Positions 38,218-46,781 of a DNA stretch of 51,421 nucleotides are shown here, piece by piece. The notes under the pieces are model-generated. The model was given only the letters and a program-made list of their open reading frames with translations, did not search any database and had not been told where the DNA came from. Location of the stretch: the NCBI GenBank assembly GCA_044359055.1, contig JBIKMV010000001.1:1-51421 (forward strand). The letters are read 5' to 3'. Both the position numbers and the translations under genes were made by a program. Positions within the stretch are counted from its first letter, which is position 1. Each line of letters begins with the position of its first letter. Source of the DNA: Catalimonadaceae bacterium (GTDB lineage Bacteria; Bacteroidota; Bacteroidia; Cytophagales; Flexibacteraceae).

Positions 38218-39195
38218 TCAGAACCTGTCCTTTACTTTCCTTTTCATTCCAAGCAAAAGAGATGATACGCTTTCGCCCTTTTCCAGATCTCTTTCTGCCT
38301 CCTTCTGCATTTCCACAAACCAGCCGGAGGTCTGAAGATGAGAAAAAATCCATTCTTTCCACAAAGACTGAAACCATTCTTTGTGCTGCACTCTGCGGTG
38401 CCGGTGCCATTGGCCGTTGCGGCTAACCTCAGAAAAAAATGCTTCCGCAGCAGACAAAAGCTCATCAATCTGAATATTCTCTCCGGCAGAACCCCACATC
38501 ACCCCGGCATGTTTTCCGTTTCGGCGCAGCGGCCAAAGACTTGATATGGATTGTAATTCAAGAGCATAGGCTTTGGCTTGCTTCTCCATCGGGCCATCGG
38601 CTTTGTTTACAAAAACAAAATCTGCCGTTTCCAGAATCCCTTTTTTCACGCCCTGAATATCATCGCCGGTACCGGCTACAAGCACCAGAAGGCAGGCATC
38701 ACTGAGCAGGGAAGCCATGGTTTCAGACTGTCCCACTCCCACGGTTTCGATGATGATGCGGTCGAAGCCTGCCGCCTCACAAAGCAAAATGGTTTCATAG
38801 GTATGGGCCGCAATTCCTCCGAGCTTCAATCTGCTGGGCGAGGGCCTGATGAAGGCATTTTCTGAAGAAGCAAGCCGGGTCATGCGGGTTTTGTCGCCCA
38901 AAACCGAGCCCATTGAAAAACTGCTGCTCGGGTCTACGGCCAACACGGCCACTTTATGGCCTCTTTCCACCCAATGCATGCCCAGACTGTCGATGAGGGT
39001 ACTTTTTCCTGAACCCGGAAGCCCGGTAACCGCCAGTCGAAATGTCCGGTACTCCTCTTTTTCAATTTCCCGGATGAGTTCATCCTTCAGGTCCTGGTGG
39101 GCAAAAGCTTCGCTTTCGGCCAGGGTAATGCACTTGCTCAGGCTGAGGCGGTCGCCGGAGCGGAGTCCCGAAATCAGTTTCTGAAGATCCTGCAT
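38218..39195 (-). CDS. meaB: methylmalonyl-CoA mutase-associated G3E GTPase MeaB/ArgK
   Basis: 325 aa with the P-loop GLPGSGKSTL, ETVGVGQSE and the NKAD motif. Confidence 0.9.
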   Translation of the reverse strand: MQDLQKLISGLRSGDRLSLSKCITLAESEAFAHQDLKDELIREIEKEEYRTFRLAVTGLPGSGKSTLIDSLGMHWVERGHKVAVLAVDPSSSFSMGSVLGDKTRMTRLASSENAFIRPSPSRLKLGGIAAHTYETILLCEAAGFDRIIIETVGVGQSETMASLLSDACLLVLVAGTGDDIQGVKKGILETADFVFVNKADGPMEKQAKAYALELQSISSLWPLRRNGKHAGVMWGSAGENIQIDELLSAAEAFFSEVSRNGQWHRHRRVQHKEWFQSLWKEWIFSHLQTSGWFVEMQKEAERDLEKGESVSSLLLGMKRKVKDRF

Positions 39196-39306
39196 AAGAT
39201 TTGGAAGCGGAAATATGGTGCATTTTGTCGGGGAAAATCACAATAAAAATTATAAACCTCTGATTTTCAATGAAAAGTTAATGTTTCAGAATCCTGTCAG
39301 GAACAC

Positions 39307-39314
39307 TATTTTTG
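39307..39314 (+). promoter_or_regulatory. candidate -7 promoter box (TATTTTTG) for uppS-bamA-skp-skp
   Basis: Exact TAnnTTTG match 45 nt upstream of the uppS ATG at 39360. Confidence 0.45.
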
Positions 39315-39359
39315 CCGCTTCTTTTTGAAAAGCCAATTTCGGCTTTTTTATATCGTTAC

Positions 39360-40106
39360 ATGGCAATCGACTCGCGGCTAGACCTGAACAACATTCCAAA
39401 GCATATTGCCATTATTATGGACGGAAACGGCAGGTGGGCCAAGCAAAAAGGGTTGGCTGCCAGAATTTCAGGCCACAAACATGCCATTACAGCTGTCCGC
39501 GAAGCGGTGGAAGGTTGTGCAGAAGCGGGTGTTAAATACCTCACGCTATATGCTTTCTCTACCGAAAACTGGGGGCGACCTAAAGAAGAAGTAATGGGGC
39601 TGATGGAATTGCTGGTTCAGACCATACGGCAGGAAACTCCGACTTTGCAGAAAAACGACATCAAACTGGAATCACTGGGAGATATTTCGGCCTTACCGCA
39701 GCGATGCCGGAAAGAGCTGGCCGAAACGATGGAAAAGACGCAGAACAACAGCAGAATGACCCTCGTTCTGGCCTTGAATTATTCGGGCCGATGGGAAATT
39801 ACTGAGGCAGCCAACCGGCTGAAAAACAAAATCATGCAGGGCGAAAAGTTGCCTGATACCCTGACCGAAGATGATTTTGCTGCTCTGCTTCCCTCCTACC
39901 CCATGCCTGACCCGGAATTGCTGATCCGGACAAGCGGAGAGATGAGAATAAGTAACTTTTTGCTTTGGGAAATCGCCTATACCGAATTGTACATCACACC
40001 GGTTTTGTGGCCGGATTTCACCCGGGAGGTACTTCATGAAGCCATTTTGTCTTACCAGTCCCGCGAAAGGAGGTTTGGAAAAGTAACCGCCACAACTCAA
40101 AACTAA
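39360..40106 (+). CDS. uppS: isoprenyl transferase (undecaprenyl diphosphate synthase)
   Basis: HIAIIMDGNGRWA and the RTSGEMRISNFLLW motif are present. The start is set at the ATG at 39360, because the track's TTG at 39312 lies on the -7 box. The stop directly abuts the bamA ATG. Confidence 0.93.
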   Translation: MAIDSRLDLNNIPKHIAIIMDGNGRWAKQKGLAARISGHKHAITAVREAVEGCAEAGVKYLTLYAFSTENWGRPKEEVMGLMELLVQTIRQETPTLQKNDIKLESLGDISALPQRCRKELAETMEKTQNNSRMTLVLALNYSGRWEITEAANRLKNKIMQGEKLPDTLTEDDFAALLPSYPMPDPELLIRTSGEMRISNFLLWEIAYTELYITPVLWPDFTREVLHEAILSYQSRERRFGKVTATTQN

Positions 40107-42629
40107 ATGAAAATCAGGCTATTTCTCATCGTCTTTTTGCTGATTCAATTTTACCGTGTTTCGGCACAGGTCAAACTGGGTTCCAGAAAAGCAGGTCAAA
40201 CCGGAAGCAGCGAGGAGGTGAGCTACGAAAAACCAAAAACCTACGAACTGGGTGGCATTGAGATAAAGGGAATTAAATTTCTTTCGCCCGAAGCACTCAT
40301 TGCTTACTCGGGCCTGAAAGTGGGAGATAAAATTGAAATCCCGGGCCTGCAGATCTCCGGGGCGATAAAAAAGCTCTGGGAGCAAGGCATTTTGGGGGAC
40401 ATTCAAATTGAAATAGCCAAAACAGAATCGAGGCCGGATGGAGAGTATGTTTTTCTGAATTTTGTATTGAAGGAAAAACCGAGGCTTTCAAAATTTCAGA
40501 TTCGGGGATTGAAAAAGGGCGATGCAGATGATATCCGTGAAAAAATCAGTCTGATAAGGGGAAAAGCCATCAACGATGCCATGATCAAGGCTACCTCCAA
40601 TACAATCAAGAGACATTTTCTTGAAAAGGGCTTTTTCAATGCCAAGGTTCAGATCAGCCAGGAAGAAGATACGGCCCTTGGCAATGCCATCATCCTGAAA
40701 ATCAATGTTGAGAAAGGGAGAAAAGTAAAAATTGCCAACCTCATTGTAGAAGGCAACTCAGCCTATGAAGGCAAAAACATCCGTAAAAAGCTGAAAGATA
40801 CAAAGGAAAAAAAGATTTGGAGAATCTTCAAAGCGTCCCGTTTCATTCGGTCCAAATTTGAGGCAGACAAGCAGAATCTGATTGAGTTTTACACCAAAAA
40901 CGGCTACCGTGATGTATCCATTGTTTCCGATTCGGTGTGGCAGAACGACAATAAAACTGTAAATCTGAAACTCAAAATTGAGGAAGGACAGAAGTATAAT
41001 TTTGGAAAAATTAGTTGGACCGGCAACTACCTCTACGATTCTGAATACCTCAATTCTGTTCTGGGGATAAAGCAGGGAGATATTTACAATATGGATTTGC
41101 TTCAGAAAAAACTGAATTATAATCCCAACGGAATGGACATCAGCTCCTTGTACATGGACGACGGCTACTTGTTCTTTTCTGTTGACCCCAATGAGGTAGC
41201 CGTAAACGGCAATGCCATTGACATAGAACTCAGGATGAATGAGGGGGCTCAGGCGAAGATAAACCGCATCAATATTTCGGGCAATACCAAGACCAATGAC
41301 CATGTGATCCTCAGGGAAATCAGGACCCTGCCGGGACAAAAATTCAGCCGTTCAGACCTGATCCGGACCAACCGTGAGCTGGCCACCCTCGGATATTTTG
41401 ACCCTGAAAAAATCGGTATCAATCCCATTCCGAATCCGCAGGATGGTACCGTGGACATCAACTATTCGGTGGAAGAAAAGCCCAGCGATCAGATTGAGCT
41501 GTCGGGCGGATGGGGCGGTGCCTTTGGATTTATCGGCACACTCGGACTTTCGTTCAACAATTTTTCCATGAGAAAAATAAAGAATTTCCGGGAATGGACT
41601 CCACTCCCTTCAGGTGACGGTCAGCGGTTCTCAATTCGTTTTCAGGCCAATGGAAGGGCATTTCAGACCTATTCTGTTTCATTTACCGAACCCTGGTTTG
41701 GAGGAAAGAGGCCAAATAGCCTAACCGTAGGACTGACCCGCTCGGTTCAAAGAGGATTAAACAACAACAACGAGGTCATCAGCCGCCTTGCCATCAACGG
41801 GGGAAATATTTCACTAGGAAAAAGGCTTCGCTGGCCCGATGACTATTTCTCTCTAATGAGCACCCTGAGCATACAACGGTATGATTTGTTTAATTATACA
41901 CTGATTTCAGGTTCAGACTTTGGCCGGGATCAAACTTTTTCCAATTCCATAGCCCTCAGTACCAATCTGAGCAGAAACAGCATTAACAACCCCACATTTC
42001 CCACCTCCGGCAGCAGCCTCAGCCTGATTGTCAACCTCACTCCACCCTACTCCCTGTTCCGGAAAAACAACAGCTTTTCAAGTGATAAAGAGCGATTCCG
42101 ATGGGTGGAATTTCACAAGTGGAACTTTGATGCCTCCTGGTTTTTGCCTCTTGCCAAAAATCTGGTTATCAATACCAGGGCACACTTTGGCTGGATAGGG
42201 TCCTACAATCAGCAGTTGGGAATCGGGCCTTTCGAAAGATTCAGACTCGGGGGTTCAGGCTTATCCGGTTTCAATTTCCTTCTTGGCTACGATATCATAG
42301 CACTGCGGGGATACAACGACGGTCAGGTGGGCACTCCTCTGGGAATAGAAGCCGGGGTGTTGTTCAATAAATTTGTGACGGAATTGCGGTATGCCATTTC
42401 AACCAATCCGGCCGCTACTATTTTTGTGCACTCTTTTGCAGAAGGAGGAAACTCCTGGGGAAGCTATCAGACCTACAATCCATTCAATATTTACAAAAGT
42501 GCAGGATTGGGGGTTCGTATTTTTATGCCCGCATTTGGAATGCTGGGGGTAGATTATGGCTGGGCTTTCGACGGACCCGAAGTGATTCACAATGCTTTCC
42601 AGTTTACCATAGGCCAGCAAATCAGATAA
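40107..42629 (+). CDS. bamA: outer membrane protein assembly factor BamA
   Basis: 840 aa with a signal peptide, POTRA repeats and a C-terminal Omp85 barrel. It has the usual uppS-upstream and skp-downstream context. Confidence 0.93.
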   Translation: MKIRLFLIVFLLIQFYRVSAQVKLGSRKAGQTGSSEEVSYEKPKTYELGGIEIKGIKFLSPEALIAYSGLKVGDKIEIPGLQISGAIKKLWEQGILGDIQIEIAKTESRPDGEYVFLNFVLKEKPRLSKFQIRGLKKGDADDIREKISLIRGKAINDAMIKATSNTIKRHFLEKGFFNAKVQISQEEDTALGNAIILKINVEKGRKVKIANLIVEGNSAYEGKNIRKKLKDTKEKKIWRIFKASRFIRSKFEADKQNLIEFYTKNGYRDVSIVSDSVWQNDNKTVNLKLKIEEGQKYNFGKISWTGNYLYDSEYLNSVLGIKQGDIYNMDLLQKKLNYNPNGMDISSLYMDDGYLFFSVDPNEVAVNGNAIDIELRMNEGAQAKINRINISGNTKTNDHVILREIRTLPGQKFSRSDLIRTNRELATLGYFDPEKIGINPIPNPQDGTVDINYSVEEKPSDQIELSGGWGGAFGFIGTLGLSFNNFSMRKIKNFREWTPLPSGDGQRFSIRFQANGRAFQTYSVSFTEPWFGGKRPNSLTVGLTRSVQRGLNNNNEVISRLAINGGNISLGKRLRWPDDYFSLMSTLSIQRYDLFNYTLISGSDFGRDQTFSNSIALSTNLSRNSINNPTFPTSGSSLSLIVNLTPPYSLFRKNNSFSSDKERFRWVEFHKWNFDASWFLPLAKNLVINTRAHFGWIGSYNQQLGIGPFERFRLGGSGLSGFNFLLGYDIIALRGYNDGQVGTPLGIEAGVLFNKFVTELRYAISTNPAATIFVHSFAEGGNSWGSYQTYNPFNIYKSAGLGVRIFMPAFGMLGVDYGWAFDGPEVIHNAFQFTIGQQIR

Positions 42630-42632
42630 CAC

Positions 42633-43187
42633 ATGAAACTTAAAATCTTTCTTTTTCTGATGGTATTGGGCTCAGGCCACCTGGCCTTGGCACAAAAATT
42701 CGGATACATTGATTCAAAATTTATTCTGAGCAAAATGCCGGAATACAAACAAGCCTCTACAGAACTGGCAACCCAAAGCCAGAAATGGCAATCTGAAATA
42801 GAAGCCCTTAGAAATGAGGTAGATAAGCTGAGAAAAGAATACATGGCGGAGGAAGTATTGCTCACCGATGACATGAAAAAAGAGCGTCAGACGGCCATTG
42901 CAAAAAAAGAAAAAGACGCCCGGGAAGCCCAGAATAAAGCCTTCGGTTTTGAAGGTTTATACTTTCTTAAGAAACAAGAGTTGGTAAAACCCTTGCAGGA
43001 TAAGATATTTGAGGCCGTAGAAAAAGTTTGTAAAAAGAAGAAAATCGCCATCATGTTCGATAAAGCAGGAGACCTGGTTATGATTTACACCAATCCTGCC
43101 CACGACTACACCGATTTTGTTCTCGAAGAACTTGGACTTGGTGACAAAGACGATACCGTAAACGACCAGAACAAAGACAAAAAATAG
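42633..43187 (+). CDS. OmpH/Skp-family periplasmic chaperone
   Basis: 184 aa with a signal peptide, a coiled-coil K/E-rich body and the start pattern FGYIDSKFIL. Confidence 0.85.
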   Translation: MKLKIFLFLMVLGSGHLALAQKFGYIDSKFILSKMPEYKQASTELATQSQKWQSEIEALRNEVDKLRKEYMAEEVLLTDDMKKERQTAIAKKEKDAREAQNKAFGFEGLYFLKKQELVKPLQDKIFEAVEKVCKKKKIAIMFDKAGDLVMIYTNPAHDYTDFVLEELGLGDKDDTVNDQNKDKK

Positions 43188-43217
43188 TTTTTCCAACCTT
43201 TCAAATCAAATCAGAAA

Positions 43218-43877
43218 ATGAAAAAAATTGCAGCCATCTGCATCCTGAGTACCGGAATGGGATTTGCATCTTTTGCACAGACCGCTACCGAAGTCAAGCC
43301 TGCGGTGCAGGAAGTAAAAGCAGCCAAACCGGTGAAAATCGGATACACCAATGTGAACTATGTATTGAGTATCAGTCCGGCTTCCAAAGTGATCCAAAAG
43401 CAACTGGAAGAAACCCAAAAGCAGTATCTCAAAACCATAGAAGAGAAAAACAAGGAACTCGAAGCCAAATTCGAATCTTATCAGAAAGGGCAGGGCACTA
43501 TGCCTGAAGCCATAAAGAAGGACAAGGAAGAGGAGCTGAGAACTTTACAGCGCAGCATTCAAACCCTTCAGGAAAATGCTCAGGACGACCTGAGAAAAAA
43601 AGAGCAGGAGCTGGTAAAGCCTGAACTGGACAAAATTTACAAAGCCGTAAATGAAGTAGCCAAAGCCAATGGTTTTACCCATGTATTCAATTCAGATCAG
43701 GTTTTGCTATATGCGGAAGAAGAAACCGATATTACCGATCTGGTCCTGAAAAAACTGGGCATCGAAGAACCCAAAGAGGGAGAAGAGAAAAAAGACGAAA
43801 CCGGCATCAAGCCTGTGTCGCCATCGCCTGCCAGGCCGGCCGGAGGAATGCCCAAAAAACCAGGCAGCAGAAAATAA
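43218..43877 (+). CDS. OmpH/Skp-family periplasmic chaperone (second copy)
   Basis: 219 aa with a signal peptide, IGYTNVNYVL and a coiled-coil body. The tail is rich in P, G and K. Confidence 0.85.
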   Translation: MKKIAAICILSTGMGFASFAQTATEVKPAVQEVKAAKPVKIGYTNVNYVLSISPASKVIQKQLEETQKQYLKTIEEKNKELEAKFESYQKGQGTMPEAIKKDKEEELRTLQRSIQTLQENAQDDLRKKEQELVKPELDKIYKAVNEVAKANGFTHVFNSDQVLLYAEEETDITDLVLKKLGIEEPKEGEEKKDETGIKPVSPSPARPAGGMPKKPGSRK

Positions 43878-43904
43878 AATCATCATTCAGAATGCAGCAT
43901 ATTT

Positions 43905-43930
43905 AAGGGACCCCAGGGTCCCTTTTTTTA
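43905..43930. terminator. rho-independent terminator between the convergent skp and mnmA genes
   Basis: AAGGGACC (43905-43912) pairs with GGTCCCTT (43917-43924) around a 4-nt loop, followed by T5 on the plus strand. It could also serve the minus-strand operon. Confidence 0.75.
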
Positions 43931-43960
43931 TGCCTGACCAGGCAAATTGACATTCTCAGG

Positions 43961-45064
43961 CTATATCCGGCCCCCGCTTTTGATCCAGCCGCCGCCAATC
44001 ACATCGTCGCCTTCGTAGAAAACGGCTGCCTGACCCGGCGCAATGGCCGATACCCAGTCATGGAATTTCACATGCATTTCGTCACCGATTTGTTCTATCA
44101 ATGCGGGTGTACCTGCGTCCTTGTACCTGACTTTGGTGGTGGTTTCTATGTGCCTGCCATTCAGGTTCTCATATTTCATGAGCCGCAACTGATTGACCAG
44201 CATGGTATTTTTCATCAGGTCGGTATCTTTGCCCAGTACCACCCGGTTTAGTTCTTTGTCTATGGCCGTAACAAAAACCGGATAACCTAGGGCTATGCCA
44301 AGACCCTTTCTCTGGCCCACCGTATAAAAAGGATATCCTTCGTGCGTCCCCAGAACATGTCCTTGTTCATCCACAAATTCACCACCAGCCACTTTTTCTA
44401 CAAGGCCCGGCACCCTTCGCTTCAGAAATCCACGGTAATCATTGTCAGGGACAAAGCATATTTCGTAGCTCTCGGATTTATTCACCAGATCCGAAAAGCC
44501 CATTCCCGCAGCCATTTCATAAATCTGCTTTTTGGTTAAGTGACTGAGAGGCAATATCGTACGGGACAAGCTTTCCTGACTTACTCCCCAGAGGGCATAC
44601 GACTGGTCTTTGTCGCGGTCTAAACCTCTGGAAATAAAAAATCGTCCGCCTTCCTGCTTCAGTGCGGCATAGTGGCCGGTGGCTATAAATTCACAACCGA
44701 GCATATCGGCACGCCGGAGCAGGGCATCCCACTTGATGTGTGTATTGCACAAAACACAGGGATTGGGCGTTCGCCCTTCCAGATATTCATTGGTAAAATG
44801 GTCGATGACAAAGTCGCCAAACTCGGAACGAATATCCAGAATATAATGCGGAAAGCCCAGATTTACAGATACATTACGGGCATCGTTGATGCTGTCGAGG
44901 GAGCAGCAGCCGGTTTCTTTTTTCGAGCCGCCGCTGCCGGTGTAGTCCCAGGTTTTCATGGTCATGCCTATCACCTCATAGCCCTGCTCGTGCAGCAATA
45001 CGGCCGCCAACGAACTGTCTATCCCGCCGCTCATGGCCACAAGTACTTTTCCTTTTTTGCTCAT
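43961..45064 (-). CDS. mnmA: tRNA 2-thiouridine(34) synthase MnmA
   Basis: 367 aa with the PP-loop AMSGGIDSS and the cysteines in NPCVLCN and YEICFV. Confidence 0.95.
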   Translation of the reverse strand: MSKKGKVLVAMSGGIDSSLAAVLLHEQGYEVIGMTMKTWDYTGSGGSKKETGCCSLDSINDARNVSVNLGFPHYILDIRSEFGDFVIDHFTNEYLEGRTPNPCVLCNTHIKWDALLRRADMLGCEFIATGHYAALKQEGGRFFISRGLDRDKDQSYALWGVSQESLSRTILPLSHLTKKQIYEMAAGMGFSDLVNKSESYEICFVPDNDYRGFLKRRVPGLVEKVAGGEFVDEQGHVLGTHEGYPFYTVGQRKGLGIALGYPVFVTAIDKELNRVVLGKDTDLMKNTMLVNQLRLMKYENLNGRHIETTTKVRYKDAGTPALIEQIGDEMHVKFHDWVSAIAPGQAAVFYEGDDVIGGGWIKSGGRI

Positions 45065-45068
45065 GGCT

Positions 45069-45311
45069 TCAGGAAATAGAGGTTCTTACTCTGGATGTGT
45101 AGGCCCGCAGTGCACTCAGGTAATCGCTGCCTTTTTCCTTCATTTCTCCGATAATGAAAACAGCGGCCAGGATATGGGTGAGTTTCTCACCTTCATCGTC
45201 GCCCTCAACGGGGATGACCGGCTCAAGTTCAGACAATAAAGCCTCTTCGGCGGCCTGCAGGTCTTCTACGCTGTAGTTTTCTACCAGCTTTTTAATGACA
45301 GGGAGTTTCAT
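45069..45311 (-). CDS. small acidic hypothetical protein
   Basis: 80-aa ORF packed 6 nt after the thioredoxin-like stop and 4 nt before the mnmA start. I cannot name a family with confidence. Confidence 0.6.
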   Translation of the reverse strand: MKLPVIKKLVENYSVEDLQAAEEALLSELEPVIPVEGDDEGEKLTHILAAVFIIGEMKEKGSDYLSALRAYTSRVRTSIS

Positions 45312-45317
45312 AGGGGC

Positions 45318-45635
45318 TTATTTTAATTGCTGAAGCATTTCCACTATGGCCTCCTCTTTATTGGTTGCGGCCGAAGCCACAAGGTCTTTACCCTGAAAAA
45401 CTGCAAAAAAAGGCAGATTGCTTACCCCTGCCATTTTTCGTGCCTGGGCATTTTCTTCAGCATTCACTTCCAGAAACTGAATTCCTGTAAAGCGCTCATC
45501 TTCAGATAATCTTTTGAATTTGGGAGAAATCAGACGACAACTGCCGCACCAGTCGGCATAATACTTTACTATCGTTTTCGGTTGGCTCCCTAGCGCAGAT
45601 TCAAAGTCTGCATCAGTTGCATGGATTACGGACAT
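45318..45635 (-). CDS. thioredoxin-family protein (WCGSC active site)
   Basis: 105 aa with KYYADWCGSCRLISPKF and thioredoxin-fold length and pattern. Confidence 0.88.
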   Translation of the reverse strand: MSVIHATDADFESALGSQPKTIVKYYADWCGSCRLISPKFKRLSEDERFTGIQFLEVNAEENAQARKMAGVSNLPFFAVFQGKDLVASAATNKEEAIVEMLQQLK

Positions 45636-45778
45636 AATTTTTTGTTTTTTACTTGGGACACGAATTTCATGCCAAAACCAACTCGGACCATGAAATTGTT
45701 TTGAATTGGCAAAATTACAACCCTTTGGCCTTTCCGGACCATGCTTTTTTTCGTTTTGAATGCTGATGGGTTCCGCCC

Positions 45779-46657
45779 CTATTTTCCTTTGCGGGTCATG
45801 GCTTCAATGGCGTCCCACATTGAGGCAGGAACATCTTTCAGCCAGTTGAACTCACCGGCACCCTGAAGCCACTCGCCCCCGTCCATGGTTACCACTTCTC
45901 CGTTGATAAAACCACTGAAGTCCGACAGCAGAAAGCAAGCCAAATTGACCAGTTCTTCATGGGTTCCTACGCGCCCCAAAGGGATTTTCCGGGCCGGGTC
46001 CATGTTTTCTGCAAGACCGGCCGGCAGTGCTTCCTTCGGAAACAAGCGGGACCATGCACCCTCGGTAGGAACTGGGCCCGGAGCTATCGCATTGGTTCTG
46101 ATACCATAGCGGCCCCACTCCGCAGCAAGAGAACGGGTTAGAGATACCAGGCCGGCTTTGGCCACAGCAGAAGGCACAACAAAACCCGACCCTGTAGAAG
46201 CATAGGTGGTGGCAATGTTCAAAACGGTGCCTTTCTGCTTTTTTTCTATCCAGTTTTTGCCAGCCGCCAGAGTGGTGTGTACACTGCCCTTCAATACGAT
46301 ATCTATGATGGAGGAAAAGGCATTGGCAGAAAGTCTTTCAGTGGGAGAGATAAAATTGCCTGCTGCATTGTTAACCAATCCGTCAAGATTTTGAAACCGG
46401 GCAAATATCTGATTTACAAGAGATTCTACACCTGCTGCATCCCGGACATCGAGGGCGTGGTATTCGGTTTCTTTTCCGGTGAGAGATTTCAGTTTTGCGG
46501 CGGCATCCCTGAGCCTTTCCTCCTTTCGGCCTGCAATGATTACATGGGCACCAAGCATCTGAAATGCCCTTGCCATGCTGAATCCAAGCCCGGAACCGCC
46601 ACCGGTAATGAGCATGGTTTTTCCTTTGAAGGTTTCTGCCGGAAGCATCAGATTCAT
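45779..46657 (-). CDS. SDR-family oxidoreductase (2,4-dienoyl-CoA reductase-like)
   Basis: The Rossmann motif TGGGSGLG and the NNAAG motif are present. The start is set at the ATG at 46655-46657, because the track's extension to 46834 crosses the upstream terminator and overlaps the DUF349 gene. Confidence 0.85.
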   Translation of the reverse strand: MNLMLPAETFKGKTMLITGGGSGLGFSMARAFQMLGAHVIIAGRKEERLRDAAAKLKSLTGKETEYHALDVRDAAGVESLVNQIFARFQNLDGLVNNAAGNFISPTERLSANAFSSIIDIVLKGSVHTTLAAGKNWIEKKQKGTVLNIATTYASTGSGFVVPSAVAKAGLVSLTRSLAAEWGRYGIRTNAIAPGPVPTEGAWSRLFPKEALPAGLAENMDPARKIPLGRVGTHEELVNLACFLLSDFSGFINGEVVTMDGGEWLQGAGEFNWLKDVPASMWDAIEAMTRKGK

Positions 46658-46744
46658 AGCTTTATTAGGGGTATGGATGGATGAAAGTGTTTCCGCCTTA
46701 GGGAAGAAATGGTGATTGTGTTGCCTCCTGTTATTGTAATGGAG

Positions 46745-46780
46745 AAAAAAAAGACCGCTTTTGCTGCGGTCTTTTTTTTC
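46745..46780 (-). terminator. rho-independent terminator after the DUF349 gene
   Basis: AAGACCGC (46751-46758) pairs with GCGGTCTT (46766-46773). A and T runs flank both sides, and the hairpin sits immediately after the stop at 46782. Confidence 0.8.
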
Positions 46781-46781
46781 A

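Noticed and set aside
38102-38410. A 102-aa minus-strand ORF overlaps the 3' end of meaB and extends into the spacer.
   Set aside because: It is an alternative frame of meaB with no family resemblance, and the intergenic part is AT-rich promoter or terminator sequence.
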